Part shown: positions 13,650 to 25,600 of the stretch, one piece after another | How the letters are laid out: each line of letters begins with the position of its first letter | How positions within the stretch are numbered: position 1 is the first letter of the stretch | From: Hormiphora californensis | Taxonomy: Eukaryota; Animalia; Ctenophora | Length of the DNA stretch: 64,000 bases | Direction: 5' to 3' | Assembly: GCA_020137815.1 (NCBI GenBank) | Contig: CM035353.1 | Coordinates: 3,968,001 to 4,032,000, forward strand | Position numbers and translations under genes: made by a program | The notes under the pieces: model-generated | What the model was told of the DNA's origin: nothing | Databases searched by the model: none | Seen by the model: only the letters and a program-made list of their open reading frames with translations

Positions 13650-14143
13650 AGGGAAGAAACCTAACTACCTTCCGTGAATAGGGCCACAAGAGAGTTGTCG
13701 CGGGGGCTGGAGTATCCTCTTACTGGGGGTAGATCAGGGATAATCGCAAGGAACTCCCCAAGCTTAATCTTCACGATCTCGACAGCCAGGGAAGAAACCT
13801 AACTACCTTCCGTGAGTAGGGCCACAAGAGAGTTGTCGCGGGGGCTGGAGTATCCTCTTACTGGGGGTAGATCAGGGATAATCGCAAGGAACTCCCCAAG
13901 CTGAATCTTCACGATCTCGACAGCCACATCTACTTCACTCCCTTGGTTGAGGTCCTCCAGGATTGCATCATAGTGTTCAAGTAGTTGAGTAAGGCAGCTA
14001 CGTCCTCATCTGAATCCGTGTTGTTCGTTGTTTAGAATACCTTGCCACTCAACAAGTTCAGTTATCTCCTTGCGCACCACTCGTTCGAAGGTTTTGGTCA
14101 CGTGGCTGGTCAGTGCTACCGGTCGGTAGTTCTCAGCTATACT
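13650..14143 (-). mobile_element. CR1-like LINE remnant: RT fragment joined to the ORF2 3' end, which is tandemly duplicated (138-bp period)
   Basis: Minus frame ENYRPVALTSHVTKTFERVVR...QHGFR*GRSCLTQLLEHYD; 3' end FLAIIPDLPPVRGYSSPRDNSL; duplicate 13650-13925. Confidence 0.85.
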
Positions 14144-14150
14144 TAGGGGA

Positions 14151-14440
14151 AACTCTAACTAAATGGCATCCCATTAATGGGATCCCATCAACAGTAAAAC
14201 TCTAACTGATAATGGACCACAGTGATGACTGATGGTTCTTTCTCTGTATTCTCTCTGTAGGCAGTAGGTACATCTATGTATTGCCTACAGAGAGAATACA
14301 GAGAAAGAACTATAGGGCATGCCCGGGCACGGGCGCGCACACAGATAGAATACAGAGAAAGAACCATCAATGTGTTCCATTATCAGTTAGAGTTTTACTG
14401 TTGATGGGATCCCATTAATGGGATGCCATTCAGTTAGAGT
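14151..14440. mobile_element. MITE/foldback with arms of about 70 bp (actctaact.aatggcatcccattaatgggatccc...)
   Basis: Inverted arms seen directly. Confidence 0.75.
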
Positions 14441-14459
14441 ATCCCATTACAAGTTTACA

Positions 14460-16050
14460 ATAAAAGTTTTAGTGTACACAACAGGCCTTCCCTTAGTGGG
14501 TCCACCTAAATAAATTAAACACATATCACCTCTCAGCCACTCTCAGACATGAACAGCACATTGAGGGGAAATATCATTGGGAAGTGATGGATAGCCTCTG
14601 ACAGGGGGACGGTCATAAAGCCTGTCAAGTAATTGCCCAGGGATGATTTGAATTGACCTAAGCTTCCGCAAGAGTTAACGGCCGCTGGCAACCTGTTCCA
14701 CAGGTGAGCAGCTCTCGGTCCGAAGGAAGAATGGTACTGATTCGCTCTCCAGGTCTCAGCCCGATATGGAAACACTGGTGGGACAAACCTCATACCCAGC
14801 CTTGCACTGTGTTGGAACACAAGATTTGCAGAATTCGGAACAAACCCATGGATCGTCTTCCACACATGTATCAACATGTAACGTTGTCTCCTACGTTGAA
14901 GAGACATCAGGTTGAGAACTTTTAATCTCTCCCAATAGTCGAGATTCTGCATTCCATCAAGTCTTCTAGTAAAACACCTCAATGTTACCCGCTGCCACAG
15001 AGGGATCAATAGCCGCCGGATTGCTGAAGACGCTAGCAAACTTTTGTTTCCTTTCTTGAAGATAGGGGCTATCTGCTGTCTCTTCAACTCCTCCGGAATA
15101 CTTCCCTCAGCAAAGGATTCTGTCTACAGTCTCCATAGGGGGTAGGCTAAATAGCTTCGAAATTCCCTTAATATGAGAGCTGGAATTCCATCTTTGGGTG
15201 ACGCTGAGTGTGGTTTCAATTCTGCAAGCGCTTCCTCAATATCTGCCGGTGTGAAGGTAATGTCGGTCAGCTCCTCTGTCTGCTCCTCGATACCTAGAAG
15301 GGCGTCCTCTACCTTTACCTGAGATGGATCGCTGAATACCTTGACGTACTGGGTCTGGAGGATCTCGGCCTTTTCCAGGGGTCATCAGTAAGGGCTCCAC
15401 TCGGCGTTAATAGGGGTCCGATGTTTGAGTGTGTTTTCCTCTTCCCTTGGGTCATAGGAAAACTGAACTTCCTCTCACTAGACCCGCTAGGGGGTGGTTC
15501 AGCCTCTCCGTCAGTTCCAGATAAGGTTTCAACTTTGAAGTTCTTAATACATCCGAAACAAACCCACACGAAGCCCGGCACGGTCAGGGCTTGGTGGGAC
15601 ATTACCTGGTCACAGTTGTGACTACCACCTCCACAGCTTGCACATCGAAGTTTCGGCGTGGATCCTCTTTCTAGCGTGTATTGCTGGTTACATGCTGAGC
15701 ATTGTTGAGGAAACATTCCCTCGATAGCCATTATTATCCAGTCAACTAGATTTTCTCGTGACCTGTACATAGGCTGGCCTGCATCGTTTAGAGGTTTACC
15801 TCCAAGGAACTCAGTAGTTGCATGGAGGGTTTCGTCCTTGGCCTTCAACAAGTTTTTCACGTTGGTGTTGCACTTAACTTTGACGTTGTAGGCCTTCAGC
15901 AAACCTTTCACCTCACTGCTGGCATCAGGATGTACTCGCAGCTTCTCCATAACAGCATCATTCTGTTTGTTTTCCTCCTCCTTGGTCGTCGTGACTATCA
16001 ATCCAGTAGGCGACATGGTCCTGAGGGGGATTTGAGGGGCGTGGCACCAC
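14460..16050 (-). mobile_element. Internally deleted CR1-like LINE: ORF1 with PHD-like finger fused to ORF2 fragments and the ORF2 C-terminus
   Basis: ORF1 CSAC...CASCGGGSHNC...WVCFGC; ORF2 pieces KTHSNIGPL, IAPIFKKG, LDYWERLKVLNLMSLQRRRQRY; RT core absent. Confidence 0.85.
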
Positions 16051-16090
16051 CTCAAATTAATTTGTTTAAAGTAGTGTTGAAAAGTTTGAA
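16051..16090 (-). other. Ctenophore-type spliced-leader exon sequence (TTCAAACTTTTCAACACTACTTTAAACAAATTAATTTGAG) at the 5' end of the CR1 copy
   Basis: Matches my recollection of the ctenophore SL; an identical copy lies at 20680-20720. Confidence 0.8.
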
Positions 16091-16429
16091 TAACAGAAAT
16101 GTATCAGGATTTAATGCAGATTAGTTTGTAGGTATGTTAACTTTATTGAAGGCGTTGCCATGGTTAATTGGTAAGAAGGGTTTTCATAATTCTCACACAT
16201 ATCTGCCTTCTCATTCAGCAGTAACAGATAGAACGGTATGAATCGATAAAAGAACAATTACTGATGAGTGAAGGCTGAAGCAGGGATTGCTAACTGCTAA
16301 GTTATCTTCTTTTGTTATTCTGGTACGGAACCTGTGACAGGTAATGTGATATTTCAAACTTATCTATCTGTTGTATGCTTGGTAACGCAACTACCCATAA
16401 TTGCAGGCACGCTAAAACGTGCCTTACTA

Positions 16430-16785
16430 TCACAATATACTGTAGAGGGGTAACTGAATGATGATGTAGTCAGCTAGTGTAGTGTGGTTCTGGTACCGCT
16501 TAGTTTTATCTGCATTTGAGCCGGGGGATGCGCCGAAAAATGGTGCAGCGGCTTCCAGGTGAGCACAGTTGAATGTGCGGATGATGTCTAGATTCTTGGT
16601 GTAATCCACATCATGGCGGTAGGCAGACAGGACCTTTTTGGTGAGAGTATTTCCAACGGCAAGGGCATTGCCATCACTTTTGTCATCAGTAGGTGTAGCC
16701 ATATTTGTCATATCTGGCATGGCTAGAGCCTACAAAGGGTTATTCGAAAACGCACGGGCGTGCGCCTCAAATTAATGTTGAAAAG
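16430..16785 (-). mobile_element. Second CR1 ORF1 N-terminal fragment, preceded by an internally deleted SL (16766-16785)
   Basis: The 96-aa ORF resembles the N-terminus of the 15315-16055 ORF1 (VLSAY..NL..HLEAAA.F.G..Y.N..TLADYII); cttttcaac-attaatttgag ends 45 nt upstream of the ATG. Confidence 0.7.
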
Positions 16786-16789
16786 CCTA

Positions 16790-17035
16790 GGGGTCCAATT
16801 CAGCCAGTGCAGCTTCAATACAACCAGGGGTGAAGTCAAGTTCATCTAGCGTGCAGGTCGTTGAAGGAATGTCCTTGATAGCCTCCTCAACCGAGCACAT
16901 GGACGGATCGCTGAATACTCCTACATATTGGAGAATATTTGATTTTTCCAGAGGGTCATCCAGTCAGGTCTCAGGAGCGGAGCCACACTCGATTTGATTT
17001 TTCGGTGCTTGTTGACAAAGGACCAAAAGAACCGT
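16790..17035 (-). mobile_element. CR1 ORF2 fragment (degenerate)
   Basis: DDPLEKSNILQ..VFSDP..LDFTPGCIEAALAEL resembles the ORF2 fragment at about 15200-15420. Confidence 0.65.
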
Positions 17036-17060
17036 GAATTTGATTTGATAGTGTCAATGG

Positions 17061-17326
17061 CTTTCCTTCCTTCCTTCCTTCCTTCCTTCCTTCCTTCCTT
17101 CCTTCCTTCCTTCCTTCCTTCCTTCCTTCCTTCCTTCCTTCCTTCCTTCCTTCCTTCCTTCCTTCCTTCCTTCCTTCCTTCCTTCCTTCCTTCCTTCCTT
17201 CCTTCCTTCCTTCCTTCCTTCCTTCCTTCCTTCCTTCCTTCCTTCCTTCCTTCCTTCCTTCCTTCCTTCCTTCCTTCCTTCCTTTTGACCTTCCTTCCTT
17301 CCTTCCTTCCTTCCTTCCTTCCTTCC
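17061..17326. repeat. (TTCC)n microsatellite, followed by a degenerate pyrimidine-rich tract to about 18690
   Basis: Direct. Confidence 0.95.
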
Positions 17327-20300
17327 TGTGCCTATCCTTCGTTCGCTTCAGTAATCCTTCGCTTGCTGGTGAGTCCTGTCCTTACCTTCCTATCCTTCCT
17401 TCCTTCCGTGTCCATAGTACCTTCTATCCTTCCTTACCTTACCGTTCCTTTCTGTCCTTCCCTGTTCCTTACTGTCGCTTGGTCCCTTCCTGCCTTCCTC
17501 CTTCCTTACACGTATGCCTAGTCCTACGTGTCCTTGCCTTCCTGCCGTGTCCAGATTTGCGCTTCCTGTCCTTGCCTTCCACTGGGTTTCCTGATCACGT
17601 TCCTTACCGTAGAGTCCATCTTCCTTCCTAGCGTTCTCCTATCGCTGTTCTGCCTGAGGTTCGCTTGTTCGCTGTCCTAAGAAGATCCGAGGCTGATCCG
17701 ATGGTGACCGGCTTACCATATTCCTGTCGCTCCTTCCTGACGCTTGCGCTATCTCCGTTCCTTCCTTGCCTGTCCTTCTCCTTGCCATGTCGTTCCTATC
17801 CATTCGCTATTCCTAAATCCGATCCTTGCGTATGCCTTATCGAAGATTCCGCCTTCCGACGTTCTTGCACTTATCCTTGGTCCTGTCGGCTTGGATCCAT
17901 GCCGTCGTCTTCCTTCCTATCCTGCTGCTTCCTGTCCTCATCTCTGCTCCTTCCTGTAGCCTTTCTCCGTGTAATTCCTATCCTGTCCTGTTCGCTTGCC
18001 TTCCTTTCGGGGGGGGGGTTCCTTCCGTCCTGCTTCCTATGCCGATTCCTTCCTGTCTATCCTAGTCCGAATCCTTCCGGTTACCTTGCCTGGCCTCGAA
18101 TGTACCATTCGCGTGATCCGTAAGCCTTCCGATTCCGTTCTCGCTTCCTCCTAAATCCTGTTAGTCCGGATACGCGCAGCCTCCTCCTCCGAGAGTTACG
18201 GAATCGCTAGGCCATTCATGCCTCCTATCATATCGAGATCTGTGTAAGTGAGGCGTTCTGTCAGCGGATTTCGTTTTAATCGAATCCAGGCCGTGACGCT
18301 AGGGATCCTCTTCCTTTCCTTCCTGATCCGTAATGAGTCCGTTCAGTGTCCTTAGCCATTCCTCGGCTTACCGTTCCGCTCCTAAGGTCCTTCCGTTATC
18401 TTCCTTCGATATCCTTCTGTCCTTCCTATGCCTAGTCCTTCCTGCAGGATCTTCCGATTCCTTTGCCTTCTCTTCCTTCCTTCCTTCCTCTTCCTTCCGT
18501 GTCCTCTTCTATACCTTCCTTTCTCTTCCTTCTTCACTTCCTTCCTATCCTTCCTTCCTTGTCCTCCGTTTGCCACATCGTCGTCTTCTCCCTTACTGGC
18601 CGTCCTCCTTCCTCGATTCGTTCCTTCTTTCATATCGTCGGTCCGTTCTTCCTTGCCGTATGTTTCCTTTTTCACTTACTCCTTCCCAACATGTCTTAAG
18701 CTCACGCCCTCTTACAGTAAATCTGTTAGAATCAATGTTTTATAATCATAGAAATTCAGTGAGGCAGTGCATACATGGGTTTTTTGCCAAGCTATGTTTT
18801 TTTCACGATCAAACGCCCTTCCCAACATGATTTACACTCACCTCTTACAGTGCTGCTTGTAGTCAAATTACCGTAATGAAAATACAGTAAGGAGACACGC
18901 ACGGTGCATAACGCGCGGCAAAAAGTTCATGTGTCAGCACGTACTAGCGCCCTGATTGGTCACGGTTGCGCGTCGTCTTACTGTATCTTTCGTTTTCCAT
19001 TACCGTTTTCCCACTACAAGCGACCGTGTAACACTACGACTTCTTTATTATTCCTGATTTTTACAAGCCATCTCCCATTATTGTTATGTTGATCAACTAA
19101 CCCCTCCTTCTCAATCAATTAAATATCCCTTCCTCCATCAGTTTGATGAGGAAAAGATGAAACTAACACTGGAAGTTCTGGATTTGACACGTTGGGAGAT
19201 TTCATATGTGGAGGAGATAAATGAGTGAGATGTCTTTACTTACATTAAAAGAGAAATACTGGAATCAATAACACGGAATAAGTAGAACCTTATCTTTTAA
19301 AGTGGGAGTAGAGGTTATGGAGGAAAGACAGTGACCGTCTTTGGTCGTGAAACTCGTGTGATTTTTCTTAATTGTTCAATGCTCAATTACTATTTCATGA
19401 TCATTGATAAACTGATAAATGATAATGGTGGTTGCATTTGGCAATATATAGTCAAAAAATGTTTAGCTTTTCCTTTTGAGCGTTAAATCAAATATAATTA
19501 CAGTTCAATTACATATCAACAACACGTAGTCAATGCAACAAAAAGACTAATGTAAAACTAACAATATTGTTTTATGTACACTGAAACTTAATGGAAACGA
19601 AATGAATGTGTTTTATATTCTTCCCACACACTTTTTGTCTGAAAATGAAATTAGCAACGAAATATTTCTCTCCAATATAGAATTTTCAAATAATCCAAAA
19701 GTGTGTTGATCTTGTTTGAAAACAATTAACAACTCAAGAATCTAATTTATCTCATTTATCTTCTCATCCTTGATTTCAGTCTTCTAGTTCTTCATCGAGT
19801 CTCCGAAGACAAAAGTGTGTGAAATTGAATGTTATGTAACGCGCGAGAAGAAAATTGAGGGTAAAGTACTGCTTACTTCGCGCGGTGAGTCTCTTTCACG
19901 TGGTAAGCGCGCGCTCTCTTCTCGATGCTGCGTGCACTGCACAGTGCAGTCTCTTTCCGATGCTGTGCACTCTCTTTGAGGCTCTCGGACTCCTTATGGG
20001 TCACCATCAGTCTCCCAAAAACGTCCAAGAGGCCTCAAGTCTTAAAATTTTAAAAACGCATTTTCACATTTTTTGAATTTGACCAATTTGGTGCGCGTCG
20101 CAATGTGCGCGTCGCATGCGCGTCTCATGCGCGTCGCGATATGCGCGTCTCAACACATTCGGGGTGCCTCCATAGCCGTTTGAAAAAAGTCGGTCTAAGT
20201 ATACTCTTTTGGTAGCGCGCACCTGTAAACAGGCTGCAAGGCACCCAGATTAAAACCGCGCCCACCAAAAACTGAAATTGAGAATTTTTTGCCACACGTT

Positions 20301-20679
20301 GACATGTGATAGAATTTAGAAACGCAAAATACTTCCGCGTACGACTTTGGGGGGGGGGTGAACAGTTGAAACAAAATGGAGTATACCGTGAGTGCTACAA
20401 ATCGAAGTGCAAAATTTCTCAGATTTTGAAAGTTGAAACCACGCCAAAATAGAAAATTCACTTCTTAGTTAATCTGAGGATAAATTTGGCCCAAAGGCCT
20501 AAATCCAAATGCAGGTCACGGGTTCCGGGCTCCGGTCAGAAAGGTCGTAGAGAGGTCTAACTAGGCTCAAAATAATCTTTAGAGATGGTATCTCCTTCCG
20601 GCTGGGTCAACAGGGACGAAATGAAAATACGGTGGTTTATTAATCAGAACAGTTTTGATATAACAACATATTCATCAGC

Positions 20680-20720
20680 CTCAAATTAATTTGTTTAAAG
20701 TAGTGTTGAAAAGTTTGAAA
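20680..20720 (-). other. Spliced-leader exon sequence, second full copy (41 nt)
   Basis: Identical to 16051-16090; followed by GCTGAT, not a GT donor. Confidence 0.8.
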
Positions 20721-20984
20721 TATATCCATATAATAAATTCCATAATGTTAGTCAGTCTGTCCGTTAATTGGTTTTTCAAACTCCTCCCACAGTTTTTGAG
20801 CTAGACCCCTGAAAATTTGTACACTGGTACCTTGGACCAAGGCGGATGTAAGTACGGGCTCAGATTTTTGATCCGATCTTTACAGCAGTGACGTCACGGG
20901 GTGACGTCATTGCGACAAAAAGACTTACATTTTTCAAACGCTTCTAAGACCCTGAAAACGGCTCTAAATCAAAAAACTAACGCA

Positions 20985-21240
20985 ATAGTGGGGAAAGAGA
21001 ATCGTTTGAACTTCATTTTACTTGATAGCGATTTCCCGTAACTCAATGTTTAAGGGTCGTAAATCGCGTCGGGAAAGTTAAAAATGCCAAAAATACGATA
21101 TTTTTCACCGTAGCCACCCAAAATCTTATCCAATCGATATGAAACTTGGTCGTTATGTGAATTTTAATGTCCTTTGGCCAGGGGTTCCCGGAAAACGGAT
21201 TGGCAAGATGAGAACTGACCGGAGTTCTTATATAATAAAT
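20985..21240 (+). mobile_element. Dispersed repeat shared with about 10125-10370
   Basis: ggggaaagagaatcgtttgaacttcatt...ggaaacggattggcaagatgaga present at both sites. Confidence 0.7.
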
Positions 21241-21710
21241 TAATTCATGGTCAACAGGAAACGCAAAAAGTTTCAAAAAGGTGCGAATTTTTTTAAATAA
21301 ATTGTTTCCAAATAAAATGCAAAGAAATCGCGAGCGCGCGGCAGTTGTTTGCACCGTTAACTACAAAAAGACGCGTGCCACATTTAATTTGTCCGGTTGA
21401 ACTGAAGGTACCAAGTTTGCGCGCAATATTCACTCACTGCGTAGTGTGGTCATCGCGCGTTCCCGACATGTATCGAGCAAAGTGGGCCAAAATGGGGCGA
21501 GAAATCAGAGCGCTTCTGTGTTTATCACAAAAGTAAAAAACATAAATTTAATGGGGCAAGTAAATAAATGTGAAACAAGTATAAAATTCAGGGTTAAAAC
21601 TTAGGATATTTCTCGTCTGTCTCAACTTCTCTTTCAAAAGCAAACCGATTGACAAATTGTCTCGGTTCTCTTTTATAATGTCTTTATTCCAGAGTCTTTC
21701 CAGTAATCCA

Positions 21711-22270
21711 TCAGTCCATGATGGTTCTGCGGTGATACAGATCGGAGGCTACATCGCACAGGAAGAGTGGCAATGATCTGTGTTGTGTAAACTTTGACAA
21801 GTGGGCCTGCATGTCAATGGAACTGGTGTATTTCGTCTCCACCAATTGGAATGCTCCCTCGCACCTGGAGGAGAAACATAATTAATATCGGGATTTAATA
21901 CGAAAACCAAAGAAAACGAATTTAATAAATTAATTTAGTAGGGAATTTTGAAATTTTAATAATCGTGAGCCCGTTAAATCAGGGAGCCCAGTGAATCAGG
22001 GTCAAATACTGTTAATTTCCTATATATGGGGGCGGGGGAGGTTATATCAGGGTCCGACTGCATTACTCTTTGTTGATTAACTCCCCGTTCATCCACTAAG
22101 TTTTGTGAGAAAATATAATAAGTAGCTAACTCGATCCATACTAACTTCTTGAAGAGAAGATTGTGAGTTGGTGATTCAGCATAGATAGATACAAGAGAGA
22201 ACTGTGAGTCCTCGGGGCACGAGAGGGTGTATCCAAACATGTATTCAACATTCTCCTTTAATTCACGGAT
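21711..22270 (-). CDS. MAD1L1: MAD1 (spindle checkpoint protein) last two exons: 22270-22146 and 21864-21711
   Basis: Phase-compatible GT-AG exons give IRELKENVEYMFGYTLSCPEDSQFSLVSIYAESPTHNLLFKKCEGAFQLVETKYTSS...RSLPLFLCDVASDLYHRRTIMD*, matching the MAD1 C-terminal RWD-like domain; AATAAA about 25 nt downstream; upstream exons not found. Confidence 0.8.
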
Positions 22271-22688
22271 CTGTAAATAGAGTATTTAGGGTGTTTAGGG
22301 TGCAGTGTTCGTGGTGTGCAGGGTGTTTAGAGTGTTCAGAGTGTTCAGGGTGCAGTGTTCATGGTGTTCTATAGTGGGTATATTATTATAGTACATGCCC
22401 GTGTCGTATTCAGTTCACAGTTAGGCTTTACTTCAACGGGTTTTCTAGTTAATATAATATTATTAATCAGCAAATTTGATATTTTAAACAGCTGTTTTAT
22501 AGATATGTATTTCCTGGCTACTTCCACATCCTCCATGAGCTCAGTGGTCTGTAATTAGTTCTAGCCTAGGGGGTCTGAGCCGCGCACAAGGTGACACCGA
22601 GACCAAATCTCGTTACTTTCCCGATATCTTTCACAGAAACAAGTATTGTAGAGCGGTCAATCCTCAGATTAACTAAGAAGTGAATTTT

Positions 22689-25600
22689 TTATTTTGGCGT
22701 GGGCCTCTCATTGTCAACTGTTGGGTTCGGTGTTTCAACCCGACCTCCTATCACTGGTTCCTGAACTTTCCTGGCTACTTCCACATCCTCCATGAGTTCA
22801 GTGGTCTGTAATTCTCCTAAACCAATATTAGTCAGTGTTTCATTTGCAGTGTCTCCCATGTCAAATATTTCCATTTCAATGTCCCCAATAGCCTCCTCTG
22901 AATTTCTGGCCCGTTGCTCATTTTTCGATGTCTCCGCTTGATACTCAGCCGATTCTGCAGCAATCTGAGGTAAGGAGGCCGTTACATTGAGAGTTATTCG
23001 CTCCACTACATTCACTCCTGGTAATGATACAGTTGGTATCAACTGTGACAGTTTCTTGATCAATTTCTTCACAACCTGGAATGGTTTCTCCACTACGTAT
23101 TGAATGATCTGCCTGTCGTACAAGATTGGGTTGATGACGCAGTTGATGGGGAGAATAACAGCTGAGAAATATGCATACCAAGGCGTGGCATCAATCACCT
23201 CGCCAACATGCAGGAAGGAAACTGTACAAAGAGGTATCCAGCAAAAGAAATCGGTGACTATGATTGCCGTAACCTTACGCTGTAGTCTTTGCTGGTTTTT
23301 ACGAATCACTGGATTGTGGATTCCCACGTTTTGAGCAGACAGATAGCTTCTGATGGCCAAGATGGTGTAACTCACAGCGATGAACACAAAACAAACAAAG
23401 TTAAGAAAGGTGATGACTATTGAGAATGCCCACTGGGGATCGTCTCTTGTTACAAGGTACTTGAAGATGCACACCCCATCATTTCCGTAGAAGCTCAAGA
23501 CCTCACTCGGAACGCCTGAAATAGTATTACAATTCATGTAATATATCGAATTAAGTGACTAGTATTTTATTCAACGGGTTTTCTAGTATATACATACTAA
23601 ACAAAACTGTGGACTGAGAACAAATCCTTGCTAGTTTAGCCTTCTAACCTAATTGAACCTAATCAGACAGATAGGTCTCACATATCCCGTATCAAAGATT
23701 AATTGAAAACGAAGACGAAACTGTGGTTCAAGATCAAAGTATAAACGTTCCTGGTAAAAATAACCACACAGGACTAGAACAACCCCGAGAAGAGCCCCAC
23801 TCCAAATCTCCCGTTATATTGTGAACCTGCCAGATGGTAGTTCCATGCGAGGGGAGAGGGCGGGGGGACTCTTCTCCAGTGCCGGCGATATCGCTTTGCG
23901 ATAGTCCCTGTGGGCTTGCCGTAGGCAAGCCCAGGCACTCAGAGTAGTAGTAGTAGTAGTAGTATTTTATTGGCACTACCAAAGGCTTGGGACAGTTAAC
24001 GGTAACAAGAAAACTTACCCTTATGGTTAGATGTGAACATGTTTTTTACGGATTTCCGGATTTCCTTCCAACTTATCTTTTCCTTGTTGCCCGGAATTCG
24101 TGCGTTTAATGTCGCCACATGTCTTGCTTTGTTTATCGCCCCCAGAAACAATGGTGATGCGTCATAGTAAAGTCCGTTAACGAAGTAATCGTCAAAGAAT
24201 GGGAGAACGGGGACAACGGCAATGGCAACACTGAGTATTAGTGGTATCGTTGTAAGTATGGTTATCTTGATGATCGATCTAAAAGAATAGAGGCTTCTCT
24301 GTATCATGCGATTAGCATTAGAAAGTCGAATTAGACTTAGTATAGTGATCGCAAAGAGTGATAACTGAGAACCGATGGTGCTGATTACTCCAAGAATCAT
24401 GCAGTATTTTGAGGTAAGCCACTGGAACCGTTTTTCACAATAGTTCTCTGATCCTCTAAACATGAAATCCACGGATGATATTGCAATTAGATATCCGCTG
24501 AATAATAGATCCCCAAAACAAACCAATGAAATGGTAAGTGTATTTATCATTTTTTCAAATTTATTCTTCGTCCTGATCATGCAGAGTGTCCGTATACCGC
24601 ATACAAGGTTGAGCAGGGTGGCCAAACCTCCGAAAGTGTAACTTGAACCTCGGACAAAACTATTGACAAAGATATTCTTGTTTGAGCTAGGACAATTTTC
24701 ATGACATTCATCTGACATGTCCGTACACTCGATCCTACCGTTACACATGGATGATTTTGGAAGCTTCATATCACCCTTGGTACATTTGAAGAAGTTGGTG
24801 CAGTTTAGTTCATCAGACCCGTCCTTACAATCGTCAATCAAATTACATACATCCTTGTAGAGAACACAATTCTTATTCGCACATGGGAAATACCGGTTTT
24901 CGAAGAGGCCTAGAGCCCCAGGGACATTTAACAAAGGCAATAGATCTGGTGGCACTGTTTTTGCAAGGGTGAGAACTCTATGGTCCTTGTAATTGTTGCA
25001 GGTGTCACGGGTCACGGGTTTTAGGGACAATCGGCATTTGCACATCGCCCGTTACAAGCAGCGTAAAGATAGTTTTCGCCAAAGAAGAAAGAACAATCCT
25101 TTGTTTTAGGTTCAGGTAGAGTGAGCATTACAGGTTTTATGACATCAAAAGCCGACTTAATCATGCCGCCATTGATGTGCTCAAGACGATGACACAAACC
25201 CAACTGCCGTTCCAAGTCGAGTACGGGATTAGGGAAACAGTGTTCCATCCAAATTTCACCGTGGTTAACAGTTGCCCTTACCTCCAAGATATCGATGCCT
25301 ATGGCTGCGTCACACATCATGTTTTCAAAAGGGCAGGTATTAACTCTGTCACATAGTTCATCCATTTCAATGTACGACTCATCCCCGGGACATATCAGGA
25401 CTTCTTGACAAACATTTCCACTCAGGGGCTCCATATATCTCCTATTAAGCCCATTACCACATGCCAGCCATATCTTCTCATTCTCATCTCTACCGTCCAG
25501 ACAATCAACAACACCATCCATTACCCACGACATGGGTAGGGAGAGGGGCTTCCTCTCCTTGTACACCGTATGAAACCGTCTCTCACACTTGAAATCCTGT

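Noticed and set aside
16994-18830. LPSF-repeat and Ser/Leu/Phe-rich ORFs
   Set aside because: Translations of (TTCC)n and a noisy degenerate tract, probably base-calling error
22432-23588. ttcaacgggttttctagt repeated at 22432 and 23570 as a TSD
   Set aside because: More simply two Helitron-like 3' end fragments (CTAG|T)
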